Below, one piece after another: positions 23,776 through 38,000 of a stretch of 64,000 bases of DNA. The DNA comes from Ophelia neglecta (lineage: Eukaryota), in assembly GCA_965285935.1 (NCBI GenBank), contig OZ260665.1:21328001-21392000 (forward strand), in the 5' to 3' direction. The notes below the pieces were generated by a model. The model was not told the DNA's origin, did no database searches, and saw only the letters and a program-made list of their open reading frames with translations. How positions within the stretch are numbered: the first letter of the stretch is position 1; the number at the start of each line of letters is the position of its first letter. The translations under genes and the position numbers were made by a program.

Positions 23776-26700
23776 CTGTGTATCAGATAAAGATTCAAGT
23801 TCTATCCACTCTTGCCTATGGTGTTCTCCACGCTTATGCCTCCCATAGGCTTCGATGTTGGAATTAAAGAATGTCTGCATCTATTATTCTTTATCTTAGA
23901 GGAACTGTAGGTTTTACTGTCTGTAATGATGCTTAATTCTACTTAATTCAGTCAGCACATTTGTTTCTAGCGATATTTGAGTTTGATAGAGCTTCTTTAC
24001 TGAAAAAGTTATTTATGTTTTTTTTCCGAATCTTTTACAGCATTTGCAAAACCCATTCTTTATACTGTTCCAAGTTTCTTACCTACCCCTCCTAAAAATA
24101 TTGTTCTATATTCAACCATGAAAATTGATTTTATATTCATTGCAATCAATATTGATGGACAAATCGAATTAGGTCCCGCTTAGCGATGTAGATATTTTCT
24201 TTAAAGAACAAGGTAGGAACCTCCGATCATTGTATACATCTTCAAATGCTGTGTGAAGTCTTTCGAACAAACTGAGCACCTGACATATCATATATAGTAG
24301 CAGCGTGCCTAGATCGCAATGTAGAGCGATAGAAAAATAGTACAAGTCAGGTGTCAGCAGGAACCAGCGCACATCCGTTATTCATACCAATGGTAAAGCA
24401 TTACTGTTTTCAATAGCTGCCGATCGTCTGGTACGATAACATTTACATAAGAGCACCTGTTACATCAAATGTGTATCTTAGAATCGCGTCTAGGCACTGC
24501 TTGTCTAGTAGACATATACATTTGGCGGCGCTGTTGGTTTTTAAGAGGGCCGAAAGAGGGTTAGGACGGGTGCGGGGGGGGGGGGGAGCGGGGTAGAGAC
24601 GGGGATGGCGGGTGTCTTAATGTCAGAGGATTTCCGTCCTGTTCTTAATGTCTTGCTTAATTGTATGCCTGAATCAATCCAGCCCCACTCAGATAATATT
24701 TTTTTGTGCTGACATAATTCAGGAGACTAATCACAAGGTACGTGCGTGTGTCCTCATACTACAGCTGGCTAGGTATTGTTTAACGCTAAGACAATGCTAA
24801 TGTGCATCGCCAGACATTTTGTACTGGTCTGGGAGATTCTTTTACCCATAACCTTATCATCAGAGATATACCTTGAAATACCTTGAAATATCTTGATGCC
24901 CATAAAGCAATATGAAATTGCCAGTGTAAACAACCGAACGCTACCTGAACAATACCCACACATATTATCTTAAAGTGCCACATTACATTATTCGTTGCAT
25001 TCAGTCAAAGTGAGGGTTCTTCCCTGCACTGCTAAGCACGTACATGTATATAATATACATAATCCGCAACCTGTAAATAGGAAATTTACCTGGATGATAC
25101 ATCGCTCCACGTGGACAACCCACGGTTAACATCGTGTTAAGCTGTTCCTTGAATAATAATATCAACACATCACCTCTGGCAGTTGGAACAGTCCTTACTT
25201 AATGCTGTGTGAAAAGGGGATAAATATGGCATACCTAATGGTCGGTTTAAAATAGTGACGTTTTTTAGCCAGTTCTATTGCTTAAACCATGAATATGATA
25301 AACTTAAAGGATTATGGACCTTGCGCTTCGTAATGAGAAATAAACCATAAATGCCCGATGTTCATGAGCATTAACGGTTAGTCCGTGAACTACATGCTCA
25401 TAGAATCCCAAGACAGGCATTACATTCCCAACCATGGCCCCGGCAATTACGGTAATACTGATGGCTTTTATGGGATTTAGCCTGTCTCATTCCTTAAGTG
25501 ATTCCGAATGGAAGCCTTCCGAGGTTTGATGACTGGCTTCGGAACATATCAATGATAAAGACCAGTTAGACCGTCGTATTCAGCAGAAGGCGTTCTAATA
25601 GGACAAGCAGGGAAAACATTATTGAAGTAGGTAAGATGCAATGGTCAAGTAATATCGGTGGTCATTACGGTCGAATCTAGCGAATACAGCGACGTACGGG
25701 TTTAACAACACTAAACCACTCCAGATAGACCAAATTCCAAACACTTTCTCTCTATATAAACCTCGGGGTAGAAGATGGCTAGTGACGTCACTGGCCTTCA
25801 CCAAGCTGATAATGGCCGGGACGTGTTGCTTTGTACTCTCTCATTTACCCCTGGTGGCCGGACGCAACAAATCTTCTTTTTCTCACAATCATACATGCAT
25901 GGACAAGCTTTGTAATTTTCAGCAATAAACAACATTATACAGAGGTATTGTCAGTAAGGGCTTTGATAGAGGTGGATGATACACTTGTTCTGTGCATCTT
26001 TCTTAATTCTGAAGCATCTTATTGAATTTAAAACACAAACACATTTAATACACAAATGCATAAAAGTGACTAAGAAAAAGATGTAAGTTGAGAGATATTT
26101 GTAGAATAAAAGACATAATTATTAGTAACTCAGGACTGATTGTTTTTCGAGACAAATCAATATACACAGTAGGAACATTTTTCTCTGCTGGTCCTGTGCT
26201 TTCGGTATCTGAATCATCTTTGCTATACTGTGAAAAGCTTTGTCCAAAATACTCTCATATGGCAACTTTCATCTCTGTCTTATGATGGCGGGGGTGTTTC
26301 TCCTATTGGAATTGAATTGCGACTTTACATGACTACTCAAGCCTAAATAACTCATAATATCCGTATTAAATATTATAGAAATATTGACATAATCAGATTA
26401 TGCTATGTCATTGCTTCTCGGACTTGTATCATCCCATTTAAATGTAAGTTAACAAATTTTGCTTTCTCGTAACATTCTTTTCGCATTAGTCGAACCGGTT
26501 AACTGATTGAATGTATGTGCATTTCTGCAAGCATGTCAAAAATAAATATATGCACATGCCAATATAATTTAATTTATTATTCTTATTTCTTATTATCATC
26601 CTCACTGAACGACTATGTAGCTTATTGTATGAAATTTGTCATTACGAGCAGCCTTTACATCTTTTGTTTGTCCGTGCAATGATTTATAAGAACACCATTG

Positions 26701-27647
26701 AAATCCGATATTTATCCTATTCCTATGTAGAACACTAGCAACTGTTCACAGCCCTGTTCGGTCTATCTGCAAGCGGCCACCAACCTAATACTTGACTCTT
26801 GTTGAACTGATATCCATTACTAATTTATAGGGTAAGCCTAGACTTTGACCTTAAGACCAGGGTTGCTATTGAGTTTTTGACACTTACTACTACACGACCT
26901 CGGATTTAAATAATAATTCATAGTCCTTCAGCTTTCGAGCAGGCACAACATTCATATACATATCGAGTGTGCTTTATTCATAATAAAGAGAAGCTAACAT
27001 GGCCCAAAGAACTCACCACTCCCCAAGGTCTCCAATATATAGCATACTATTCTCCAGGTATTCGCTAGCCTTCAACACGATGTATGAACTATAAGCCTAC
27101 TTCAGATTGTACAGGTAGGTTGTATTCGTGTCTATGCCTAGCTTAGTAAAAAAGTGAAAAATTACTTTTAAATATCACATTGTATTATTTGTTTAAAGTG
27201 ACTGTATATATTTGCATGAGCCTCACCGTCAGCTAATACAACAAACTAATCGCGCAACGATTTACACAAATAAAATGCAGCAGTAAAATGTTTTATATAG
27301 GACAAGTATTGATTTTTCAACAAGTAATCGTTAACAATCTGTGCTTTGACTTATGCCAAACGGTTAAAATCAATACTATATCTGAACGGATTTCCCTCAT
27401 GTTGAGGCCAAAAATATGGGAGAAGCGTCTCATCGTTCGTTAAATATTGGTAAGTTGTGACTTTTCATTAATAATTAATAATCTATGTCAAATACAACAT
27501 TGTCGAACGGAAAATAAATGACTTAATTTTAAAGCTGAAGGGAGTAATAATGGCCAATGAAACAAAACAGATACAAATTAGAGAAGATGTTTCTTCGCCG
27601 CTTTTGGACAGAAAAAGTTCATTGTTCTGTCATTTTATTTGTTTATT

Positions 27648-27830
27648 TCTTATTGCAAATGACATCAATATTTAGTTTGGGAATGTTGTATTTTTGTAAC
27701 AAGTTGGTTTACTGTTTGGGAGTTCGAGATTTATTGATGTGTTTGAGGCCGAGCTACAGAGTCCTGATTTCTGACCGATTTCTTTGAATATTCTTGGATA
27801 ATTATTTTGCTTTCTTTACCAAATAATTAC
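27648..27830 (+). repeat. Dispersed repeat family X, copy B
   Basis: tcttattgcaaatgacatcaatatttagtttgggaat...tttactgtttgggagtt...attgatgtgtttgaggcc...ctgaccgatt aligns with 58412-58590. Confidence 0.75.
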
Positions 27831-30800
27831 TTTCGGTGTGTAAGCAATCAAGTAGTTTAAACTACACATAACAAACTAATGGATTTTACTTACTTCAGTG
27901 TAATAAGTTACCTCCTCCCAGGGTCCGTCGAGCTTGGTGTAGTGCCCTCAACAGCCCATACCTCCAAAACGAAATGAGACTGGTTGACATATGTATTGAT
28001 TCTGTTCTTATCTAGAGCACAACAAGTGTGTATACCCTGTAGACAACCCTAAATCATGTGGCCGAGTATGGTACTATAAACAGATCCAAAGTCACGTACG
28101 CCGTCGCTGCATGCCCACATAGCGGTAGAAACTTTCACCCACTATTAGCGTTCCTTCGCACAGCTTTCTATGACATTCCATGCCTTAGTCCCAGTCTTAA
28201 AATTGTGCATGTGCTACAGGATATTGAAATTCACCATACTTGGTAATGTGTTTGGCCCACAACAAAACTGTGGGGCGCTCACTCTGGGATCAAGGCTGTT
28301 TCTCGACCCTCCGTGAAATATCTGTGTAATTTTCATTGCTTATATTATCGTATTAATGTCCACACATTTATGAAATGCACTACCCAATGGTGGATGAAAG
28401 CTTTCATAATAATAAGCAGTGCCCTGCATTTATATATTACTATAAATATCATTCGAGAAAAAACAGTAGTAGCTTTATTCACTAAAGCCAGTGATCAATA
28501 AGTCCATCGGTTATAATAAATCTATTCAAAATGAATCAGGAGCTTTGAAAGCAAGGCTACAGGACTCCAATATTACCAGCTACTTTATAATAAAAAAGAC
28601 GTAGAAAAAAAGATGAACGTATACCGGAACCCATGTACAATGCAAGTGTAAGCCAACCTCGTTTATGTCATAAGGGGATTGTCAAACTGTATGAAAGCTA
28701 GCTCTATATCATTGTGATATTATCACAAGATTACTATCCAGAACGAGCCCTTGCCGGCTTAGTTATGTGCTAAAAACGTCATGTTATTGAGAGAAAAACG
28801 TGGTTAGTTTTAACCTAAACTTAGAGGGGAGTCATTAAACATGTATATGTTATATTCAACAAGAACCATAAAGGGAAAGCCAAGATATAATATATAGAAG
28901 AGTGGTGTCGCCATTGATAATGGTACAAATATTGTTCACATTTTCGCACATTAATTACATGTTATTTATATGAGGAAGTATCTAAGTCACAAAGGCCCAT
29001 CTTACTGCTAGCACAGCAACTAATGATTGAATACTAAAGTATTAAAAAACATATGGATAATGGTTTTACGTAGACGGGGAAAAAATCTTCTTAAATTGTA
29101 TTCAACAAAAAGGTTTGCTCGCCTTACGGTAAAATAACCCAACCACTCCGTACACTGCCTGAATAGGGTCAGTCGGGGATGATGTAATAATTCTAGTTCA
29201 GCCTGCTAGCAAGGAGGTGACATCACTGCATACCAATAGTCAATTGAATGTGGGGCTAGACTACAGATTTGCAGCGGTTCCATGTTCATTGCGAAACTTG
29301 TAGCTATCACACAAATGTGAAATTTACCTGAATGGAAAGCCCTCTAAAATGTTAATCATCCCTGAAAGTTTTGTTTTGATTACTTCAACAAGCACTAAGT
29401 AAGGGCTTTTAAAACATCATTCCCATGTTAAATTCCCATATGAACAGCTGAAAGTAGCCCCACTTATCCCAGCCTTACCACTGCCTTTTAATTGCAATCA
29501 GCTTTGGAGGTAAGAAAAGTGGTTGTTGGTCAGCAGTATGAAACATATCCGACTGGCCCTATTGTAACCTTGTGTTGTTGTTTTTTTTGGCTTCACTGCG
29601 TCTTTCCTATCCTTATCGTTTCCTTGTCCTGATTCTTTTGCCATCAGTGTATTGGTAAGATTGAAGTGATGGATGCTCTGAATAAATGTCTGGTCAATAC
29701 TGATGTATGTATTGAATGTCGATAACATGATGATTTATTGCTGCTTACATAAAATATCTATTTCCACAGGGCAATGGTTGGCTATTTATCATTTACCAAA
29801 CTCTCGGGTTCTGTCATTATGTGAGTCAAGCGCCAATTTGTCAAAAGCTAAATTAACATTGCTTTCGTTTTGATGGTGTATATATTTAGGGAAGCCATTG
29901 CACATTCACAGACCTTATTTTCGTTTTGTAAATCAACACAGTTAAAGCTGTCGCCAGGCATACCTGGTCGAAAATATTTGTGTATATAACTGGTCCATAA
30001 TATTTGTACATATTGACAAAAAACTTTCGATCTGATTTCTTTTGGGAATGCATTTTAAACAGGGTAGACTTCATTCCTTAATGTACAGGCAGGCCTCAGG
30101 GATTCCAGACTTATACATGCCTTGTGTCACAACCGTCAGTTCCATTTATCTCTCCAACTCTCTGAATTTTCTCTCAATAAATGACATCTTTCTTAAAATA
30201 GCTTTATAAGTACCCAAGTCTTTAGTACTGCTGGGATTGCAATACTAATAATGTGAGGCTGGTTGAGAGCCAACACAAAATCATGCCTCTCTTGTCAGAT
30301 CTTACCAGTTTAAGGATAAAAAAGATATATCGTTTCAAGATCTTTTAGGATAATTCTCTGCCCAAATAATATCATACCCAAGCCGCATTGCATTAGCTAT
30401 GGTGATCGCCAGTTATTATTAATGAAATGAATCGGATGATTATCATGTAAACTGGCTGAACTTTCCATTGTTTTTATGTTCTCGTCGAACTTGCGCATTG
30501 TTGTCCCAGACAACACTGTTCCTATGCTACGAAGCAAAGGCCACAGTTACACCCCTTGAGAGTATAACCATCGATATTCTGTCTAGCACTCAAGTTATCA
30601 AAGGTTAGGCAGCCTACCTCTGAAACGTTTGAATTATTATTGGAATGTTTCGGGAAAATAGTTAAATAATAACTGGTGATTTCCTGATTTTGATTTCTGC
30701 AGTCGCTGCCTCTGTATTTTCTTGAATTCAATAAGAATGAAAAATCAAGTATCAACCTATTATAAGGTAATAATTTGGCATTTCTGGCCGATCAGGTGGT

Positions 30801-33800
30801 CTGTCGAGATAGCTCCGGCCTGTTTAGATAACGTGTATACAAGAGCACCTGATTCATCAAGTGTTTATCTGACATAGTTCAAGGAAGTTTCCTCACAGAC
30901 GATAACAACCATCAGGCAATCCTATAGCAGGGCAGAAAAGACAATTTTTATTTACATAGCATCGATTTTTAGTGGTTTGGCGCCCATCTTGTTTATTCTA
31001 TATACCATGGACCTGGCAGAGTTATGAGAGATCACACAATGAATGCAACAAACACACAGGCGACTGACTGTGTATGTTGTATAATGACTGCCTAAGTTAT
31101 ATTGTCATTTTCATCATTTCAGTATGCATTATTTTGTGTCCATCCTGCACCATCACAGTCGTATTATACATTATGAATATTTTCATATTCTACATAACAG
31201 TCATATTACGGCTTATGGCCATTCCATTTTGTAAAGTGCGCAGTCTATTTTCCTTGTTGGCATTTTATAATTTGCCCATATGTATTTTATCCAACGAGTT
31301 CGTTGCATTATTTGTATTGTGGCAAAATATACTTGCCGATTTTCCTTCTGTATTGGTGGTCACATGTGGCATTGGTAAATGAGTATTTTAATTGTGAATT
31401 GGGTGTATGTTTTAATAATGGAAGTGGGCAGCTTGAGGCCCATGTATGTTGCGACGTTACCAGGGAAACATACTGGTATGTATGTCGGCCTATAGACCTA
31501 CAGTACGCCAATATCAATTTGAAGGGTCGAGCTAAATATTCAAAAGGGCGTTGGTGCTTACGCTTGTTTACAAGTTAAATCGCTGTTTTAAACCATTATT
31601 TGCAACAAAAAGGTAATACTTCACTTATCTATGAAAATCTGGGTAAATTCAATACTTTAGAAAACTGGAATTTAAAGTAGAAATGCCATATATCTTATAA
31701 TATTCGTCACCTTTTACAGATAGCTACTCCTGTATATGTAGCATAAAAAGCGGTAGCTCCCCGCCAGACAAAGGAGAGCAAGTGACCGGATAATCGAATT
31801 TAGAAAATATCACGCTTGTCAAATCATCCACTATTTAGGCCGAAATTACGAAACAAAAGAATCTATGGTCAACATAGGACCAGAAACAAACGTTTTATTT
31901 ATATCCACCGGAGAGGGGACAATGATATATCAATATTCGTTCTGACTAATTACCATGTAAAATATTTGCACAATACAACTGTTATGTTGCATCAAATAAT
32001 CCAAAGGTTATCCTCCTCCCAGTGGCTCATTCATGAATAAACAAAAGTCACCCATTAAACGTACGTGTTAGTACGGGTGTGCACAATCATTCACTGAGGC
32101 TTGCGACGTAACATGTTCTTTAGGGAGGGGGGGGGGGGGGGGCAGGACACTTGCGTTTATTTTAGTTATGAAAACTGGAACCGATATTTCGTCGTGCCAT
32201 AAATAATGTCTTTGTACACGGGAACTATGGATCAGGCTGTCAGCCAGGGGCTTATTGCTGAATAAATGCCTGAAATACGTCGGCCGTTCCTCGCGTTGTC
32301 TAATGACCTCATTTCAGCGGCAGATTGTCCAATTCCAAACCAATCAGTACTGACCACCTGTCATCAGTGGCAGAGCATAGAATATTCGAATGATCGTAGG
32401 ATATCAGCGCCATGCTGTTCCATGTTCATCCACCCTTATGTCAATATCTCATCGCAAGTTAACCACATTTATTTTTTTCGGATCCGATTATAATGTTAAA
32501 TCATGGAGCCGTTGCCCCGGTGTACGTGGACCTTCAACACTGATAGACTTCAGGGATAATTCTTTAGTTTTGTTTAGTCATTGACTTTACGGTACTCATA
32601 CTAATTTTCAATAAATGACTTAGGTGGAGACTTTTGGTTGACTTTATAATGTCTTAAGAGGGCACATTCCACGCTGTTTGGAGATAAGATGCATATGTGA
32701 GCAACCAATTTTACTCATATTTGCACGACGATTCGGAATACGAGTCAATTTCGACTGCTTATTCAAAGCAAAAGACGAGTGGCTTCATTATGATATCGGA
32801 GCTGTCCTAAATAGGCACGAGCACCTAAAAGTATGTGATTTTAATTGTTTGCTCATTTTAAGGTTAAGTAAAGAAAATCACACAAAAAACCTGGAAACCT
32901 GGCACGAAATACCAGATATGAGACACAAACACGAGATACGAGGTGTTTAAAACAGCCATAAGGACTGGGTTTGGGTTAGGATAAAAATATAATGATGGAA
33001 TGTTAGGTTGTTAGGTTTCTAGCTAAACCCTGCCCCTAACCCCGTCATATCCCACCAATATCTTATATTTTACGTATCTGTAAGAGGATTTAAGTCAGTA
33101 TTTAGCATTGCACATTTATAAATATTTTGCAAATATAATGTTCCAGTCTATACTAAAACTAGCCAAACGCGGACTCTAGTTTCTTTTTAATGGAAATGTT
33201 GCGCGTAAATAATATGCATGGGCTATAAATAAAATTATGGTTTATAGATGTCGAAGTGAAAATCCATCATCTGCCATTACTAAGAAAGTGATTTATCACA
33301 CAGCACTGATTTATCTATTTGGAATGTGTTTCGGTCTGGGAATCGGGTTTCCGCAATACGACCCTTCATCTTCACTTCGTTGGGTTTTCCTGCTGATAAG
33401 GTGAGGTCATCTTATCTCCACAGCTTGGTAGTCTAAGATCAAACTAACTTCTTTATATACTCTTGTTTTTTGACGGCGGTTTATTATACTATTCCGCCAA
33501 CTACAATGGACGAGTTTAAAGACACTGGCGATGATGATGACTCTATTAATAAGAGGAACCGGAATGAATAGTGCCTTTTTCATTGTTTTAGCATTAAGCT
33601 TTTGTTTCATTTCTCGGCGCTTCTTCTTCCTAATGCTCATAGAGAAAAGGTTGTCTTCAAATGAGAACTATCCGGGCACTATTGTAGCAAAATATGTCGA
33701 TGGGAGCCGATAGTCGTGCCCTGCACCTGCAAACATATCTGAGTACAATTGATTACGTGTATTCATTTTCGATATATCAGGCCAACATAAGCGTTCTATG

Positions 33801-34851
33801 ACAGGTCCGCGCCTGAAGCCACCTGTTCCAAGTGAATCAGAATTTTTATCTTAGATTTCCACAATCACAATGTCCAATGTCTGAACGTAAGCCATGGTAC
33901 CGGTCTGCTCCTCTTGTCTCGCTCTTCTTGTGCTGTGCTATTTCTTTATAGAGAGCAGTTTGTTTTGGCTTGGAAGGCGTAAGCCGGCTTAGCGGAGCGT
34001 GGTGCTAGTCACACCTTTCTCCGGCCCAGCCCCGTGACAAGTAACTGACCTGCGCAAATTATAAGATTCAAAGTCATAAACTGTATTATAGATAATGTTC
34101 GAATCTGAACGTTGATTACACGACAGCAGCCGGCACAATAACAAGATATTCATATTTTGTCATGGGAAGAAAAAATCAAGCTATTCTTTTTTAATCTCGA
34201 AACAGGGAAGTTCTTATAATATCAATGTCGTTAATGCAATGGTATTTTTTACCTTTGATCCCAATCAGGTGAATATTGTCAGGTGAAAAGACACGCAATA
34301 AGTCTGATGTGATTAAGCTGAGCACAATCCATTGAACGCATTTTCACTAATTTCATGTATGTTTAATATTTCCCACACATCTTTGCCTAAATTAAATGAC
34401 TTAGTCCAGTATGCCACCAGGTCTTAGCCAGGTAACATATTAAGTTAGAGTTATGCTGGCGTGTTGCCGTCGTATTAACCTTTTTTCAAAGCTAATATGG
34501 CAGCCCGAGATGTTCTAGCTAATGTAATTTTCACTCCATTCTGCCTGGCCGTTTCCTGAGCTATTGCACTTACCTTCCAATCTGGTAACCTGTCGTTCGA
34601 GGCACTCTCAATCTGCGGGTGGTCAGTCTAGCATTGGATGCACTTATGGCCTGTCGATAACACCTCAAGGTGATGTATGACAGCAATAAGATACACTATC
34701 TTTTTTTCACAGTCTAGAAGTGAACTGATTTGCTATTGATCATCAATCAACCATTGGCGAGATCCATCACTTACTGATAACAGCCCGACTTTTTCCAAAC
34801 TATACGCTGATTATGAAATGAATGTCCGATTACCAAATCAATTGTACGTTA

Positions 34852-35029
34852 TGGTGAAACCTGTCTTTAAGACCACCTCTATAATCAGTCCACCAGTCAA
34901 TTCAGACCACTAACATGATGACCATGCTGTATACTTTCAATGTTGAACAACCTGTCTAAACAGACCACCTACAAAATCAGACCAGCATTTTCCAGTCTCT
35001 TGGGTGGTCTTGATTCACAGGTTTCACTG
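34852..35029. mobile_element. MITE (non-autonomous Tc1/mariner-superfamily, pogo/Tigger-like ends), 178 bp
   Basis: TA flanks on both sides; TIRs tggtgaaacctgtctttaagaccacc and ggtggtcttgattcacaggtttcactg; internal gaccac(c) subrepeats. Confidence 0.85.
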
Positions 35030-38000
35030 TATGTGCCAATGCGAAAGATTATTAACCGGACCTGTGAAATATTGAAAAGACATGTCCCATTGATCGTGTA
35101 AAACCTTCCATTTCCTTAATGTTCAACCCCGGGGATGGTTATTGGTGGTGTGTCTGATAGTTCTGGTTTTAGTGTTTAAATCAAAGACGTTGCCCCAATA
35201 CAAGACTCCGATCAATACTACTTTGTTCTGATTCCCGTTCACCAAGATTTCCTTGAGGAATACACATTGAATTTTCAGTGGATGTCATTCCGAGATGCAG
35301 AGAATTTGGTCTGCCCTGAGGGAAGCTCCTGTAGATAGATTATGCATACTGTCACTATGACCAACTGGTCGTAGAATTTATGAGGTGAAAATAACCGTTT
35401 CTCTGCCAGTTTGGATGGCGGAACTGGTGTTGTTGAACCACGCTATCGATCCCAAAGTGGACAGCTTCTCTTTTAAAATGTTATGAATATGGTTTTCAAA
35501 AAGACTAAATTGATACAATTAAAGGACAATTATCGGTTAGAATTAATACATCTATAGCCAAAGGAACATTTTGAAAGGACACATTATTTATTTAAAACCA
35601 TATGTCTTTCTGTTGAATGATAATCCTACGAAAAAATCCAGGAGTATGAAGTCTTATTAGAGATGGTGGTCTGAAAAAACTTGATATTTTGTTAATTTAC
35701 AAGGCACCTAAATAGATATATGTAACAAAACTGGTAGCCGACAAAAATTATTTTTTTCATATTATTTTGTAAATCGTATCGAATTTAACAGTATGTTTTC
35801 TATAGAGTCTTATTACAGACAAACTTATATATAAGAATCTCCAGCTTCATTTTTATTTCCATGGCGCCGTTTTTTCTGAACGCACCGTGCCACCGAAGGA
35901 AAATACTTGACTAGTCAAATAACAGTCGGAGTCTGCTGTTGGCCATTCGCTCTTTTTACACCTTTTAACACCCAACTGCCACAGAAGAGCCTGGTATTAA
36001 ACAGGTTTTACCTAGATGAGCCTATGATCCCGGAAATGTTCGGGGGCCATCTCAGGATTATTAACAAATTATCATTAAAGAAATGTGGTCATAAAAGAGG
36101 ATTGGTCAAGAATAAAACAGGTAGACGACAATCCTATAATTAACTCCTAGAATACAAAAGTGGATTTCTGGCTGACTACGCAATCGTTGATCAGGAATAA
36201 ACCATTAAATCGGTCGCAAATCAGAAGCAACTGTCAACTGCAGATCCACAAAATAAATCCCAGTTCTTTAACTGTGTTTAGGCGTGCGAGAGAAAACAAT
36301 GAATTGCACTTGCAATGAGAAATAGTCGACTTGTTTCCGTTTGATTCAGATCACAAAACAAGTCAGTGCTCATCGTAGGACGGCTATGGAATATGACCTA
36401 GGATAGTCTGTGACTAAGATTGCATTTAATTAATAGTTTTTGATGGATTAACTCTCTCTCTTAATATCGAGAAACCATCAAATACATTGTATATGTTTAA
36501 AATGCGGTCATTCGTGGCTCTAGGCTGCTTCAAGATACAACCACGCAGCACGAACTCTGCAAAGGTCTCATACAACACAAATTCATTACTAGCGAAGATG
36601 TTTATAATTGGATAGCGTTTGGTACTTGAACAGATACTACAATTTTTTGTTTGTAATATATCTGTCGGCTTTCAGTTGTATATATAATTCAGGGTCGTTT
36701 AGTATGAAAATTATTCACCAACGATACCAAACATTTCTCGTATGTGATAGCCGCGATGGTTACAGAAAAATTCGTATTTTATTTTACTCCCACGGTGCGA
36801 AGGAAATTGCCAAGAGTTGTGTATTACCATGTTTATTTGCTTCTTGCCTAATTATCTTTCTAATGTAAATTAACTATTGTACTTTTGGTAAAAAGCACCT
36901 TGATTGATAGGCAGATCTTTAACATTGTAAATTGAAATAGTTCTATATTTGCCTACCAGCATCCCGACGACCAACTGAACCTGATTGGAACAGATTGATT
37001 ACACCTTTAAGAAAAGGGTATATAAAGGGCTTATACCGCAGATATTTTACCATCATACCATATCCTAACATTCCTAGTGGTATCACCGGCGGGAATACTT
37101 TCGCTTGGAATGTCTTAACTAAGACTCTCAAAAGTAAATCACCTTGGTTATAACTGACCCAAGGATGTGGTCAATCGATACTGTTCGTGTCGATTTCCTA
37201 CAAGATTTTGACCAACAATCCCCCGGGGAAAGCGCTTTAAAATCAGCAATACGTCAAATCGGGTTTGGGCTGGTTTCTGGTTGTAGGGGTATGGCCATCA
37301 GAATCAGCTAGATATGTGCCCAATACTAAACCAAGAAAGGTGTCTGTACATAGTAAAACATGACTCCGTGTAAAAGCTCCTTATAACCATAACTAGTATT
37401 TCCTCTAAATAACATTAGCAGTGAGAAATTGTATGCTCAGACTCAATGTAAATGCTTGCTTAGTCTTGGCCTCTGAGCTACATGACTAGTTACAGTAAAG
37501 AAACTGGGCATTGGTGTTTGTTCCCTTTCAGCTGGCAGTTCTAGATAACTTCGGACCGACATAATTATCTTTTTTCGATTTATAACTTTGTTTCGTCGGC
37601 CATGTATCACCTTCGGGTTCTTCTGATGAAGCTTACAGAATTCGGGTTCATTCTCTGTGAGTGGGACGTATCGCTTAGAAATGTTTTCTGCGTCCCTACT
37701 TAGACAAACGCCGGAGAAGTCTAATGAATTGTTAGGAGAACTGAAATTCATCATACCGTTGATGGTTTCGCCGTGTTGATATTCTTCAAGTATTTGCTCT
37801 AGTATGATGGGAAAAAGGCCTGTTATCAAATATCAGCGAATCTAAAATGTCTTACGTCGTCTTATCTCAATGTGACCTATCACACAATTCTTCCAATTCA
37901 TGATAAATGAAACAAATTAGCTATGTTTAAACCCTTGCAGTTCCAAATATGGCCCTACTAATTAATGAACGAATGTTTTTGGCAATTTATTGTTTAATTA

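Noticed and set aside
31035-31050. 16-mer acacaatgaatgcaac shared in inverted orientation with about 60609-60624
   Set aside because: About one such match is expected by chance in a 64-kb self-comparison, and the flanks do not align
32968-33045. Telomere-like gggttagg/cctaaccc motifs
   Set aside because: Only isolated degenerate units, not an interstitial telomeric array
33325-33378. Minus-strand hammerhead-like GGTC...GACC-GAAAC
   Set aside because: The core reads AAGATGA rather than CTGANGA, and no stem III/NUH site is evident
37443-37829. 128-aa ORF (also 42939-43250, 62321-62686, 48373-48672 and other short ORFs)
   Set aside because: Mostly non-ATG starts with no recognisable homology; the internal repeat in 48373-48672 is explained by a local DNA duplication
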